From assembly GCA_963771175.1 (NCBI GenBank), contig CAVYSY010000038.1, positions 160,001-224,000 on the forward strand: 64,000 nucleotides of DNA. The letters run 5' to 3'. The notes under the pieces were generated by a model. It did no database searches and was not told where the DNA came from. It saw only the letters and a list, made by a program, of their open reading frames with translations. This document shows, one piece after another, positions 33,822 through 44,603 of the stretch; positions within the stretch are counted from its first letter, which is position 1, and each line of letters opens with the position of its first letter. The translations under genes were made by a program, and so were the position numbers. This stretch comes from an uncultured delta proteobacterium. GTDB taxonomy: Bacteria; Myxococcota; Myxococcia; Myxococcales; Myxococcaceae.

Positions 33822-35204
33822 ATGCGTCGCCTTCTCGCCCTCACAGTCCCGGCCGCCCTGATGATGGGGACCGGCTGTGTCGCCCACTACCACCAGCCCG
33901 GTACCACCTACGAGACCCGCGTCTACGAGTACCGGTACTCGGGCCCCCACCCGGATCCGTACGGCGGGTGGTGCACCGAGTCGTACAGCCACGTCCACGG
34001 CTACGCGCCCGAGGACGTCAACACGTACAACTACTCGAACGACGTGTACGTCTACCGGGGCCCCACGGTGGTCTGGTACCTCGACTACCACCCGGGGCCC
34101 AGCGGCGATCCCTGCTACATCCACGGCCGCCACAGCCACGACTACTTCCCTCACAGGCACACGAGCAGCACGTACCGCTGGGACAAGGGCCGCTCGGTGT
34201 ACGTCTACAACAACTACCGGCCCGCTCCGCCCCCCGGTGGCTGGGACAACTCGCACGACGCCTCGCCCGGTGGCTGGGGCAACCCGCAGCCTCCGCCCTC
34301 GAACAGTGGCGGCTGGGGCAACTCCAACCGGCCTCCTCCGTCGAACAATGATGGCTGGGGCAACTCCAGCCGGCCTCCTCCCGCGCCGGGAACGGGTTAC
34401 GGCACGCAGCCCCCGACGAGCGGCGGCGGCTGGGGCAACCCGACTCCGCCTCCGTCCAACCCGGGCGGTGGCTGGGGCAACCCGACTCCGCCTCCGTCCA
34501 ACCCGGGCGGCAACAACCCGACTCCGCCTCCGTCCAACCCGGGCGGCAACAACCCGCCTCCCGCCAATGGCGGCGGCTGGGGCAACACGCCCCCCGGGCA
34601 CGGCGGCACGCCTCCGGGACACGGGGGCACTCCTCCCGGCCAGGGCGGCTGGGGTCAGCCCCCCGGCCACAGCAACAACCCCGGCCAGGGTCATGACCGG
34701 GACAATGACGACGATTCGCCGCGTCCGCCTCGCGGCAATGGCGGCGGCTGGGGCAACGGTGGCGGCAACAGCGGTGGCAACAACACGCCTCCTCCGCCCA
34801 GCAACAGCGGTGGCAATGGCGGCGGTAACGGTGGCGGCTGGGGCAATGGTGGCGGCAACGGCGGTGGCAACAGTGGCGGCAGCACGCCGCCTCCGTCTCG
34901 TCCGCCCAGCAACGGCGGTGGCAATGGCGGTGGCTGGGGCAACGGTGGCGGCAACAGCGGTGGCGGCAATAGCGGTGGCGGCAGCACGCCTCCGCCGTCT
35001 CGTCCGCCCAGCAACGGCGGCGGCAATGGCGGCGGTAACGGTGGCGGCTGGGGCAACGGCAATGGCGACGGCAACGGCAATGGCGGTGGCAACGGCGGCG
35101 GCAATGGCGGCGGCAACGGCGGCGGCAACGGCGGCGGCAACGGCGGCGGTCGCGGCAACGGCAACGGCGGTGGCAATGGCTGGGGCCCTGGTGGACGCCG
35201 GTAG
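33822..35204 (+). CDS. Lipoprotein with His/Cys-rich N-domain and Gly/Asn/Pro-rich low-complexity tail
   Basis: Lipobox MGTGC; recurring GGWGN and PPPSN units. Confidence 0.8.
   Translation: MRRLLALTVPAALMMGTGCVAHYHQPGTTYETRVYEYRYSGPHPDPYGGWCTESYSHVHGYAPEDVNTYNYSNDVYVYRGPTVVWYLDYHPGPSGDPCYIHGRHSHDYFPHRHTSSTYRWDKGRSVYVYNNYRPAPPPGGWDNSHDASPGGWGNPQPPPSNSGGWGNSNRPPPSNNDGWGNSSRPPPAPGTGYGTQPPTSGGGWGNPTPPPSNPGGGWGNPTPPPSNPGGNNPTPPPSNPGGNNPPPANGGGWGNTPPGHGGTPPGHGGTPPGQGGWGQPPGHSNNPGQGHDRDNDDDSPRPPRGNGGGWGNGGGNSGGNNTPPPPSNSGGNGGGNGGGWGNGGGNGGGNSGGSTPPPSRPPSNGGGNGGGWGNGGGNSGGGNSGGGSTPPPSRPPSNGGGNGGGNGGGWGNGNGDGNGNGGGNGGGNGGGNGGGNGGGNGGGRGNGNGGGNGWGPGGRR
34236..35185 (+). repeat. Coding low-complexity tandem repeats (GGC/AAC-rich; GGWGN, NPTPPPSNPGG, GGNG)
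   Basis: Directly visible repeats, e.g. CAACCCGACTCCGCCTCCGTCCAACCCGGGCGG x3 and GGCAACGGCGGC arrays. Confidence 0.85.
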
Positions 35205-35232
35205 GAGTTGACCTCCAGCGGGTCGTGATTCG

Positions 35233-35280
35233 AGGGCCGCTCCCTTCCTTTCGAGGAAAAGGGGGCGGCCCTTCGTCTTT
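35233..35280 (+). terminator. Rho-independent terminator-like hairpin
   Basis: AGGGCCGCTCCCTT-CCT-TTCG-AGG-AAAAGGGGGCGGCCCT followed by TCGTCTTT, just after the Gly-rich gene. Confidence 0.7.
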
Positions 35281-35389
35281 CCACCGGTGAGCACTCGGGA
35301 CCCGGGGTGTTTTCCATCACCCAGGGGACGTCCACGGCCCGAGGGTGGATTGCCACCGCGCGGGAGCGTGAAGAACTTGGCGCGCAGCC

Positions 35390-36247
35390 ATGAAGCGTCC
35401 GCGTCTCGTCCTCTGCTGCGCTCTCCTCGGGCTTGCCCCGGTCGCATGTGGTCCTTCCAACGACCCGGACCCCGGCGTCGACCCCAGTGACAGTCAGGCG
35501 GTGGACCTCGACCACCTCGCCATCACCGTCACCGGCCGCGCCGAGCTCTTCCCCGAGGCCGCACGCCTGCTCGAAGCCCAGGGGCAACCCCTTCCCCCGG
35601 TCGAGGGGCTCGAGCTCACCCTCGAGGAGCCCCTGCGCGTCGGCGTGAGCGATCCAGATGCCGCGCTGGGCAAGGGCCCGGTCGGCGCCGGCGGCGAGTT
35701 CTCCGTGTCCGACGTCCCCGTGCGCGAGGTGAACCTGAGCCTCGCCGCCACCCTCGTGAGCGAGGGGCTCGTGCGCAGCTCCACGGTCGTCTTCGACACC
35801 GCCTTCACCCGCACGCGGCCGCGCACGGACATCATCAATGCCCGCGTCTGGGCCCTGCCCGTCTCCTTCCACGACACCCTGACCCGGGCCGTCGGCGAGA
35901 TGTCGATCCGCACCCACACCAACGACCGCGCCCTCACGCTGCGCGAGGCCGGCTTCATCCTCGGCCGCGTCGTGGATGCCTCTGGAGCACCCGTGGCTGG
36001 CGCCCGCGTCGCGCTCGACCGCGGCGACCTGGCCCATCGCATCTACTACCCCGCGCCGGACTTCCAGAGCGCCAGCCAGGACGCCACCAGCGCCACCGGC
36101 CTCTTCATCTACGTCCACTCCGGCGCGGAGGCGGAGATCTTCACCCTCTCCCTTCAGGGTTCCCAGGACTACCTGCCCCGCAACGCGGGCGCCACTCCCG
36201 GCCAGGGGCTCGTCCTCACCCTGTACCCGGGCAGCTTCGCTCCGTAG
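35390..36247 (+). CDS. Lipoprotein with carboxypeptidase-regulatory-like domain
   Basis: PVAC lipobox; GRVVDASGAPVAGARV. Confidence 0.75.
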   Translation: MKRPRLVLCCALLGLAPVACGPSNDPDPGVDPSDSQAVDLDHLAITVTGRAELFPEAARLLEAQGQPLPPVEGLELTLEEPLRVGVSDPDAALGKGPVGAGGEFSVSDVPVREVNLSLAATLVSEGLVRSSTVVFDTAFTRTRPRTDIINARVWALPVSFHDTLTRAVGEMSIRTHTNDRALTLREAGFILGRVVDASGAPVAGARVALDRGDLAHRIYYPAPDFQSASQDATSATGLFIYVHSGAEAEIFTLSLQGSQDYLPRNAGATPGQGLVLTLYPGSFAP

Positions 36248-36309
36248 CTCTCGTCAACCCGAGAGGACAGGCGGAGGCTCGGTCGCACGGCGCCCCTCCC
36301 CGAGGGCAG

Positions 36310-37755
36310 CTACCCCGTCCGCTTCTTCGGGCTCGCGTAGGGCGCCAGGAGGTCGGGCCGGTCCACCAGACAGCGCAGCGCCCTGCCGGCGAATTCCTCC
36401 AGCCGGTCGATGAAGGCGAAGTCGTGCTCGTCGCCCGCCTCGTGCGCCAGCTCATGCAGGATGATGCCGAGCGTCCGCGGCTCCAGCGGGTCCTCCAGCC
36501 GCACCTGCCCGCGCATGTTCACCCGCAGCACGCGCCGCTCGCGGTCGTACTCCGCATCGACCTGGGCGCTCGGGTCGCGCACCTTGCGCTCGAAGAACTC
36601 CACGCCCACCTCCCGCCCGGTGAGCTCTCGCGACAGGCAGCGCACCAACCCCACGAAGCGCTCGGCCCTCGCCCCTGGCCGCACCAGCATGTCCCGCGGC
36701 GGGCCCTCCATCCGCTCCACGTAGGCGTCCGCCGACTCCACCACCGTCTCGAGCTGCGCCAGCGCCGAGTCCGGCATCCCCCGCAGGTCCACCACCTTCG
36801 CCCCGAGCTGCCGCGCCCGGTCATCCTCGAGGGGCCCCACGGACAGCACCGCCCGCGCCGGCAGCACCCTGGCCACGTAGGCTCCGAGCGCCTCCTCGCC
36901 CAGGGAGAAGTGCGCCAGCACCTCCGTCACCCACGCTCCCGACAGCTCCTGCCGGCTCAGCTCGGGCGCCAGCGACTCGAGGATGATGGCCGCCAGCGTG
37001 CGCTTGTACGGGTCCCTCGCCGCATCGCGCTCGGCCGCCAGCGGAATGCGCTGCTGCACGTCCACGTGCCACGGCAGGTGGTGCGGCTCCACCGGCAGCC
37101 CCAGCTCGAAGAGGTGCGGCGTCTCCCCGGGACGCGGGTGGTAGAGGTCCACCCGCGCGGGCCGCTCGACGAACCGCTCCACCGCGCGGTGCAGCTCCAC
37201 CGTCTCCAGGGGGCAGTCCTCCAGCGACTCCCGGAGCCTCGGAGGCCGTACTCCACGCCCGTTGATGACCAGCTCCACCCCCGGCGGTGGAATGGTGAGG
37301 CGCAGCAACTGGAGCGCGGCCTCGCGCTCGCTGGCGCTCGTGTGGCGGAAGAGCCGCAGGCACGTGCCCACCAGGCGCGTGTTGGCCTTCACGTGGCGCC
37401 CCGAGTCGTCGAACACGAGCGTGCGCCCCACCGTCTCCACCTCGGCGCGGTCGCTCGCGGCGATCATCTCCTTCAAGCCACGGCCCTTGCGCCCCCGCCA
37501 CGTGGGCGGCGTGTCCTTCTCCCCGAGGAAGACGGTGAAGGCGAACTCGTCACGCGCCAGTCCGGCGGGGGCATCGTCCTCGATGCGGACCTCGTCCTCC
37601 TCCAGGCGCACCTTCACCCGACGCGCGCGCTGGTCGAACGCGTTCTGCAGCGCCTCGCGCACGAGCTGACCGAGCGGCCGGGCACGGTTGGACCGCCGCC
37701 AGCCCTCCTCCGACAACTCGAACCATTCCGCACGACCGTTCCGGGCCTGGGGCAT
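36310..37755 (-). CDS. GHKL (HATPase_c-like) ATPase fused to a C-terminal HExxH zincin-like domain
   Basis: VREALQNAFD (N box), IEDD..AG, RGRKGRGLKE, GT; C-terminal IILHELAHEAGDEHDFAF. Confidence 0.75.
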   Translation of the reverse strand: MPQARNGRAEWFELSEEGWRRSNRARPLGQLVREALQNAFDQRARRVKVRLEEDEVRIEDDAPAGLARDEFAFTVFLGEKDTPPTWRGRKGRGLKEMIAASDRAEVETVGRTLVFDDSGRHVKANTRLVGTCLRLFRHTSASEREAALQLLRLTIPPPGVELVINGRGVRPPRLRESLEDCPLETVELHRAVERFVERPARVDLYHPRPGETPHLFELGLPVEPHHLPWHVDVQQRIPLAAERDAARDPYKRTLAAIILESLAPELSRQELSGAWVTEVLAHFSLGEEALGAYVARVLPARAVLSVGPLEDDRARQLGAKVVDLRGMPDSALAQLETVVESADAYVERMEGPPRDMLVRPGARAERFVGLVRCLSRELTGREVGVEFFERKVRDPSAQVDAEYDRERRVLRVNMRGQVRLEDPLEPRTLGIILHELAHEAGDEHDFAFIDRLEEFAGRALRCLVDRPDLLAPYASPKKRTG

Positions 37756-37900
37756 CAAGACTCTCCGAGTACGGGAAACACCTGAAAACACCTCGGGCCG
37801 CGCGTCTCTTCCCGGTGTGCACTCCGTCAGTGGACTTGACGCCCCCCGGCCCGAGGAGGGGCAATGAGTGCATGGTGGCCCCCCCTCCGGAGCGTGCGTG

Positions 37901-38635
37901 ATGACCCGAGACCTGGTAGCCGCCGCGGCCTCCAACAACGCGTCCTGGTGTGACGCGGTGTGCCGCTCCCATGGCCGTCCCGGCGAATTCGCGGAGGTGC
38001 TCTGGCTCAACCGCACCCCGGTGCCGCCCTTCTACCCGAACGTCGTCACGCTCACGCCGGAGGGAGTGGCTCGACAGGTGGACGCAATCTCCGCGCTCGT
38101 CCTGCCGGGACACTGGGGCGTCAAGGACAGCTTCGCGACGCTCGACCTCGCACCGCTGGGCTTCAGGGAGCTGTTCTCCGCGCAGTGGATCCACCTGCCC
38201 CCGGCAGGGCCGGCTCCCACCCTCTCCAGCGAAGTGCGCTGGGCCCAGGTCCATGACGCGAGCGCGTTGGCCACGTGGGAAGCGGCCTGGAGCGGCCCGG
38301 CTGGGAATTCCAGGCCGGACTCCGCGAACGCCCTGTTCCGTCCTGGCCTGCTCGAGGATTCAAGCACCACGTTCTTCGCCGCGTACCTCGGGGACGCCGT
38401 CGTCGCCGGTGCCATCGCGTATCGCGCCGCGGGGGTCGTCAGCCTGTCGAACACGTTCTTCACCGAGAGCGCACCCGGCATGCCGCGCGCGGAGCTCCTC
38501 GGGCAGGTCGCGAGGGCCTTCCCGGGCCTGCCGCTCGTTGGTTACGAGCACGGCGACGAGCTGGCCGAGTGGTGCGCCCTGGGCTTCGAGTCCCTCGGCC
38601 CCCTGCGGGTCTGGCTGAAGACGCCGGCCCCCTGA
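37901..38635 (+). CDS. Hypothetical protein (possibly GNAT-like fold)
   Basis: NNASWCDAVCRSHG..VKDSF..LVGYEHG..GFESLGPLRVW. Confidence 0.65.
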   Translation: MTRDLVAAAASNNASWCDAVCRSHGRPGEFAEVLWLNRTPVPPFYPNVVTLTPEGVARQVDAISALVLPGHWGVKDSFATLDLAPLGFRELFSAQWIHLPPAGPAPTLSSEVRWAQVHDASALATWEAAWSGPAGNSRPDSANALFRPGLLEDSSTTFFAAYLGDAVVAGAIAYRAAGVVSLSNTFFTESAPGMPRAELLGQVARAFPGLPLVGYEHGDELAEWCALGFESLGPLRVWLKTPAP

Positions 38636-38689
38636 CCGCTCCGACCGCAGTGACCGGATTGGCCCGCCGCATGCTTGTGGACCGCTCGC

Positions 38690-39719
38690 ATGCCCGGACC
38701 CCATGACCTCTTCGCCCGCTACACCTTCGGTCACCCCGAGCGGGCCGCGGCCGAGTTGCGCGCCGCCCTGCCCCCGCATGTCGTCTCGCAGGTGGACTGG
38801 GCGTCCCTGCGGCGAGAGTCCGGCTCCGTGGTGGACCCGGAGCTGCGGGAGACCGAGAGCGACCTGCTCTTCACGGCTCGACTGCGCACGGGCCGCCCGC
38901 TGCTGCTGTACGTGCTGCTCGAACACCAGTCCTCGGTGGACAGGTGGATGGCGCTGCGCATGCTGCGCTACGTGGTGCGCCAGGTGGAGCACTGGCGCCA
39001 GCAGCACCCGGAGAGCACAGCGCTCCCGGTCATCATTCCCCTCGTCATGTACCACGGGCAGGAGGGCACCTGGTCGGCGCCCCGCCGGGTGGAGGAGCTC
39101 TTCGACCTGCCGGGCGAAGGCGAGCAGCGCGGAACGTTGGCGGGCACTGGTGCCGCGCTTCGAGTACCTGCTGGATGACCTGACAGCCAAGCGAGCCGAG
39201 GCGCTGCTGGCGCGCCCCGGCCCACCTCTGGCCCGGCTGGCGTGGCTCGCCCTACGCTACGGGCGCACCGAGGAGTTGGCTCAACGACTGCCGGACTGGA
39301 CGGCGCTCTTCGCCCAGGTGCATGACACTCCCGAGGGCTCCGAACATCTGGTGGTGGTCATCCGCTATCTCATCTGGATCGGGGACGAGGCAGCCCACGA
39401 AGCAACGAGGCAGGTGCTAGATTCAGTCTTGGATACCCAACGAACGGAGGCGCTGATGCGGAGCTATGGCGAGGAACTCATCGAGCGGGGACGCCGGCGG
39501 GGACTGGAGCAGGGACTGGAGCAGGGGCTGGAGCAGGGGCGGCTCCGAGGACGTGCCGAGGCGGTGCTTCGGATTCTCGCCGCACGGGGCGTGCAGGTCG
39601 GGGAGGAGGCGCAACAGCGCATCCTGACGTGCACGGACATGGCCACCCTCGACCGTTGGTTCGATAAGTCCCTGAACGCCACCACCCTCTCCGACGTGCT
39701 GGATGACCTGGTGAGCTGA
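38690..39719 (+). CDS. Rpn family PD-(D/E)xK nuclease / putative transposase (frameshift ~39130)
   Basis: PHDLFARYTF, SDLLF, YVLLEHQSSVDRWMALRMLRY, PVIIPLVMYHG, GLEQGLEQGLEQG tail. Confidence 0.9.
39456..39719 (+). CDS. Putative intragenic RpnS-type antitoxin (87 aa, in frame with Rpn C-terminus)
   Basis: GGAGG at 39446-39450, 5 nt before an in-frame ATG (MRSYGEELIERG...). Confidence 0.6.
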   Translation: MRSYGEELIERGRRRGLEQGLEQGLEQGRLRGRAEAVLRILAARGVQVGEEAQQRILTCTDMATLDRWFDKSLNATTLSDVLDDLVS

Positions 39720-39812
39720 ACCGAGGGCGCCTCCGCGGCTCACGCGCGCGGCCACGCGACCGTACTGGAGCACCTGCCGGGCCACCTGGCATTCGGACTA
39801 CGGTGGAGCACC

Positions 39813-40910
39813 GTGAAACGCCTCCTCCTGGTCGGCCCCGGCCACGCACACCTCTTCGTGCTCGAAGCCCTGGCCCGTGCGCCCTGGCCGGGAGTGGAGA
39901 CGGTACTGGTATCGCGGGGGCGCACGCAGCTCTACAGCGGCATGGTGCCGGGCTACCTGGCGGGGCAGTACGCGCTGGAGGCGCTGAGCTTCGACCTGGA
40001 GGGACTGGCGCGAGCGGCCGGGGCCCGGCTGGAGCCAAGCGGCGCCTCGGGCCTGGACGCGGAGCGGCGCGAGCTCCGGCTGGGAGATGGGCGGACGCTG
40101 ACGTACGACGCGGCGAGCTTCGACCTCGGCTCGCTGCCCGCGGGCGACGCGGTGCCCGGGGTGCGCGAGCACGCGGTGCCCCTCAAGCCGCTGGAGCTGG
40201 CGCTCTCCCGCCTCACGTCGGCCCGGGAGACGGGCCCGCTGCTGGTGGTGGGCGGAGGAGCGGCGGGCGTGGAGCTGGCGCTGTGCCTCCAGGCGGGCAC
40301 GAACCGGCCCACGGTGCTGCTCGAGGACGGGAGCCAGGTGCCCCAGGGCGCCTCCCGCGCGGCCACGCGCCGGGTGCGCGGACTGCTGGAGCGCCGGGGC
40401 ATCCGCCTCCACCTCGAGTCCCGGGTGACGAAGCTGGAAGCAAACGTGGCGCACCTGGACTCGGGCGAGCGACTCCACTTCGGCACGTGCGTGTGGGCGA
40501 CGGGGCCCCGCGCGCCGGAGCTCTTCGCGGCGAGCGGCGCGGCCGTGGACGCCCAGGGCTACATCGCGGTGCGGGACACGCTGGAGAGCCCCTCGCACCC
40601 GGGCCTCTTCGCGTCGGGGGACTGCGCGGGCTTCATCAGCGGGCAACGCGTGCCGAAGGCCGGCGTGTACGCGGTGAGACAAGGGCCGGTGCTGCGAGAC
40701 AACCTGCGCGCCTTCCTCACGGGCTCGGGCACGCCGAGGCCCTACCGGGCACAGTCGGGCTTCCTCTCGCTGCTCAACGCGGGGGACGGGACGGCGGTGG
40801 GCGCGTGGAAGGGACTGGCCTTCCACGGCCGCTCCATGTGGCGGCTGAAGGACCTCATCGACCGGCGCTTCATGGAGCGCTTCCAGCGATTGGCCCCGCG
40901 CATCAAGTAG
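39813..40910 (+). CDS. FAD-dependent pyridine nucleotide-disulfide oxidoreductase (SelD N-terminal-like family)
   Basis: LVGPGHAH, YSGMVPG, VVGGGAAGVE, GDCA, PKAGVYAVRQG, KDLIDRRFM. Confidence 0.85.
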   Translation: MKRLLLVGPGHAHLFVLEALARAPWPGVETVLVSRGRTQLYSGMVPGYLAGQYALEALSFDLEGLARAAGARLEPSGASGLDAERRELRLGDGRTLTYDAASFDLGSLPAGDAVPGVREHAVPLKPLELALSRLTSARETGPLLVVGGGAAGVELALCLQAGTNRPTVLLEDGSQVPQGASRAATRRVRGLLERRGIRLHLESRVTKLEANVAHLDSGERLHFGTCVWATGPRAPELFAASGAAVDAQGYIAVRDTLESPSHPGLFASGDCAGFISGQRVPKAGVYAVRQGPVLRDNLRAFLTGSGTPRPYRAQSGFLSLLNAGDGTAVGAWKGLAFHGRSMWRLKDLIDRRFMERFQRLAPRIK

Positions 40911-42006
40911 GCACGAACCAGCGCGGCAGCCAGTCCGCCCCCTTCGACTTCGTCAACTGCGCCTGACCACTCCCGTCCGCCCGCATCAGGAACAGCTCCA
41001 CGTCTCCCGTGCGGTCCGAGGGGAACACCAGGTACTTCCCATCCGGGCTCCACGCCGGCTGGTCATCCGTGCTCTTCCCATCCGTCAGCGCCACCGGCTC
41101 GCCACCCGCCACGCTCGCCACCCAGATGCGCGCGTTGCCTTCCTTGCCCCGCGCCACGAAGGCCAGCTTCTGCCCGTCCGGGCTCCACGCCGGCTCCCGC
41201 TCCTCGCCTGTCGTCGCGCTCCCCGACACCGCTCGCAGCCCCGTCCCGTCCGGCTTCACCAGGAACACCCGCGTGCGCCCCTCCCGGTCACTCAGGAAGG
41301 AGAGCCACTTCCCGTCCGGGCTCCAGCGCGGCGCCATGTCCTCCTTGTGGAAGGCCGTCAGCCGGCGCACGTCCGACCCATCCGCCTTCATCACGTAGAT
41401 TTCCGGATCTCCCTCGCGGCTGGACACGAACGCCACCTGCGTCCCGTCCGGAGACACGCTCGGCTCGAAGTTGCCCTCGCGCGCCGTGGCCAGCCTCACC
41501 ACCTCCGCGCCCGCGCGCGGCTCCTGCCGCACCACGTCACTGAAGCCCTGTGCGTCCGACTCGGCCACGAACCAGCCGCCGTCCGGGGCCCAGCTCGGGT
41601 TGCGCGCGCGCCCCCGGGGCTCCGACAGCATCACCACCTCGCCGCCACCCACCGGCGCCAGCCGGAGCTGCTCCACGTGCAGCCCGCCCACCTCGGCCGC
41701 CGCCACCACCATCACCGCGGCACCATCCGGAGATGGCGCCATGGGGTACTCATCCTCGGGACCTCGCGTGAGCTGCGACTCCTCGCCCGTCGGCCGCACC
41801 AGCCAGACATCCTTCTGGGGCGCCCGCTCCGAGACGAAGGCGATGATTCCTGGCATCCCTCGCCGCTCATCCTCGGTGAGGGGCCCGGAGCCAGATGCAC
41901 CTCGGCCACACATGCCCGCCTTGCATCCGGCCCCGAGCAGGGCGAGTACGGCCAACCGCCGCGCTCCACCCCGCCACGCCTGTCTCGCGAAGTCCCGAGT
42001 CATCAC
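40903..42006 (-). CDS. TolB-like PD40-repeat lipoprotein
   Basis: Repeated P.WSPDG units; LGAGC lipobox. Confidence 0.88.
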   Translation of the reverse strand: MMTRDFARQAWRGGARRLAVLALLGAGCKAGMCGRGASGSGPLTEDERRGMPGIIAFVSERAPQKDVWLVRPTGEESQLTRGPEDEYPMAPSPDGAAVMVVAAAEVGGLHVEQLRLAPVGGGEVVMLSEPRGRARNPSWAPDGGWFVAESDAQGFSDVVRQEPRAGAEVVRLATAREGNFEPSVSPDGTQVAFVSSREGDPEIYVMKADGSDVRRLTAFHKEDMAPRWSPDGKWLSFLSDREGRTRVFLVKPDGTGLRAVSGSATTGEEREPAWSPDGQKLAFVARGKEGNARIWVASVAGGEPVALTDGKSTDDQPAWSPDGKYLVFPSDRTGDVELFLMRADGSGQAQLTKSKGADWLPRWFVPT

Positions 42007-42015
42007 GTCACATCA

Positions 42016-43624
<1,609 letters not shown>

Positions 43625-43867
43625 TAGCACTCCTTGAGGGGGATGGGGGGAAGCCATGGCTCCGCCCCTCCTGGGGAGAGCCGGGGCATAAGATGCACTT
43701 TTCCAGCCCTCAAGGGAAGCTCGTTTTTCTCGGAAATTGGTTATGACTCTCAAAACCTGATTTGAGCTGAAAACAACTCCGAGGGCCATCGACCGGGCAC
43801 CCGGAGGGCCGCCAGGAGGGCCACGTCCGGAGGCGACGCGGGGAGCGGGCTGGGTTAGGAGAAGGGC

Positions 43868-44602
43868 ATGCGTCTCTTCGCCATCGGCGACACCCATCTG
43901 CCCTCCACGCGCAACAAGGACATGCACCGCTTCGGGTGGACGGAGCACCCGCTGCCGCTGCAGCGAGCCTGGGACGAGAAGGTGCGACCCGAGGACGTGG
44001 TGCTGGTGGTGGGGGACATCTCGTGGGCCACGCGGCCCACGGAGGTGCAGGACGATCTGAAGTGGCTGGACGAGCGACCGGGGCGCAAGGTGCTGGTGCG
44101 CGGCAACCACGACTACTGGTGGGGCGACTCGGCGGCGAAGCTGCGCAAGGTGCTGGAGCCCTACAAGACGATCGAGGGCTTCCTGCACAACAGCGCGTTC
44201 GTCATCGGCCGATGGGTGATCGCCGGCACGCGGCTGTGGACGGCCCCCGAGGCCCCGCCGATGCCGGGCGGGGAGATGGGCGACGAGGCGGGAGACTCGG
44301 GGTACGTGGAGCGGGAGACGCGGCGGCTGGCGACGTCCATCGCGGACGCGGAGAAGAAGGAGAAGGAGAGCGCCGAGCCGCTGACACGCGTGGTGGCGGT
44401 GCACTTCCCGCCGGTGTACGCCAACGAGAAGCCCACCTCCTTCAGCGCCCCCATCGAGGCGTTCAAGCCGAAGGTGTGCGTCTACGGGCACCTGCACGCG
44501 GGAGGCATCCCGGCCGGCTTCACGGGGGAGCGGGCCGGAGTGCGCTACGTGCTGGCCTCCTGCGACGCGGCGGGCTTCTCGCCGGTGCTGCTGGACGAGT
44601 AG
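43868..44602 (+). CDS. Metallophosphoesterase
   Basis: GDTH, GDISW, GNHD, HFPP, YGHLH. Confidence 0.92.
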   Translation: MRLFAIGDTHLPSTRNKDMHRFGWTEHPLPLQRAWDEKVRPEDVVLVVGDISWATRPTEVQDDLKWLDERPGRKVLVRGNHDYWWGDSAAKLRKVLEPYKTIEGFLHNSAFVIGRWVIAGTRLWTAPEAPPMPGGEMGDEAGDSGYVERETRRLATSIADAEKKEKESAEPLTRVVAVHFPPVYANEKPTSFSAPIEAFKPKVCVYGHLHAGGIPAGFTGERAGVRYVLASCDAAGFSPVLLDE

Positions 44603-44603
44603 C

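Noticed and set aside
34236..35185. Repeats as a possible CRISPR array
   Set aside because: In-frame coding repeats with no unique spacers and no cas genes.
33795..36118. Long antisense/alternate ORFs (poly-Pro/Leu, Ala/Thr-rich) over the Gly-rich gene
   Set aside because: Shadows of the GGC/AAC repeats; the lipobox-bearing frame explains the region.
38690..39719. Rpn gene as an IS element
   Set aside because: No terminal inverted repeats or target duplication seen; the family is a PD-(D/E)xK nuclease.
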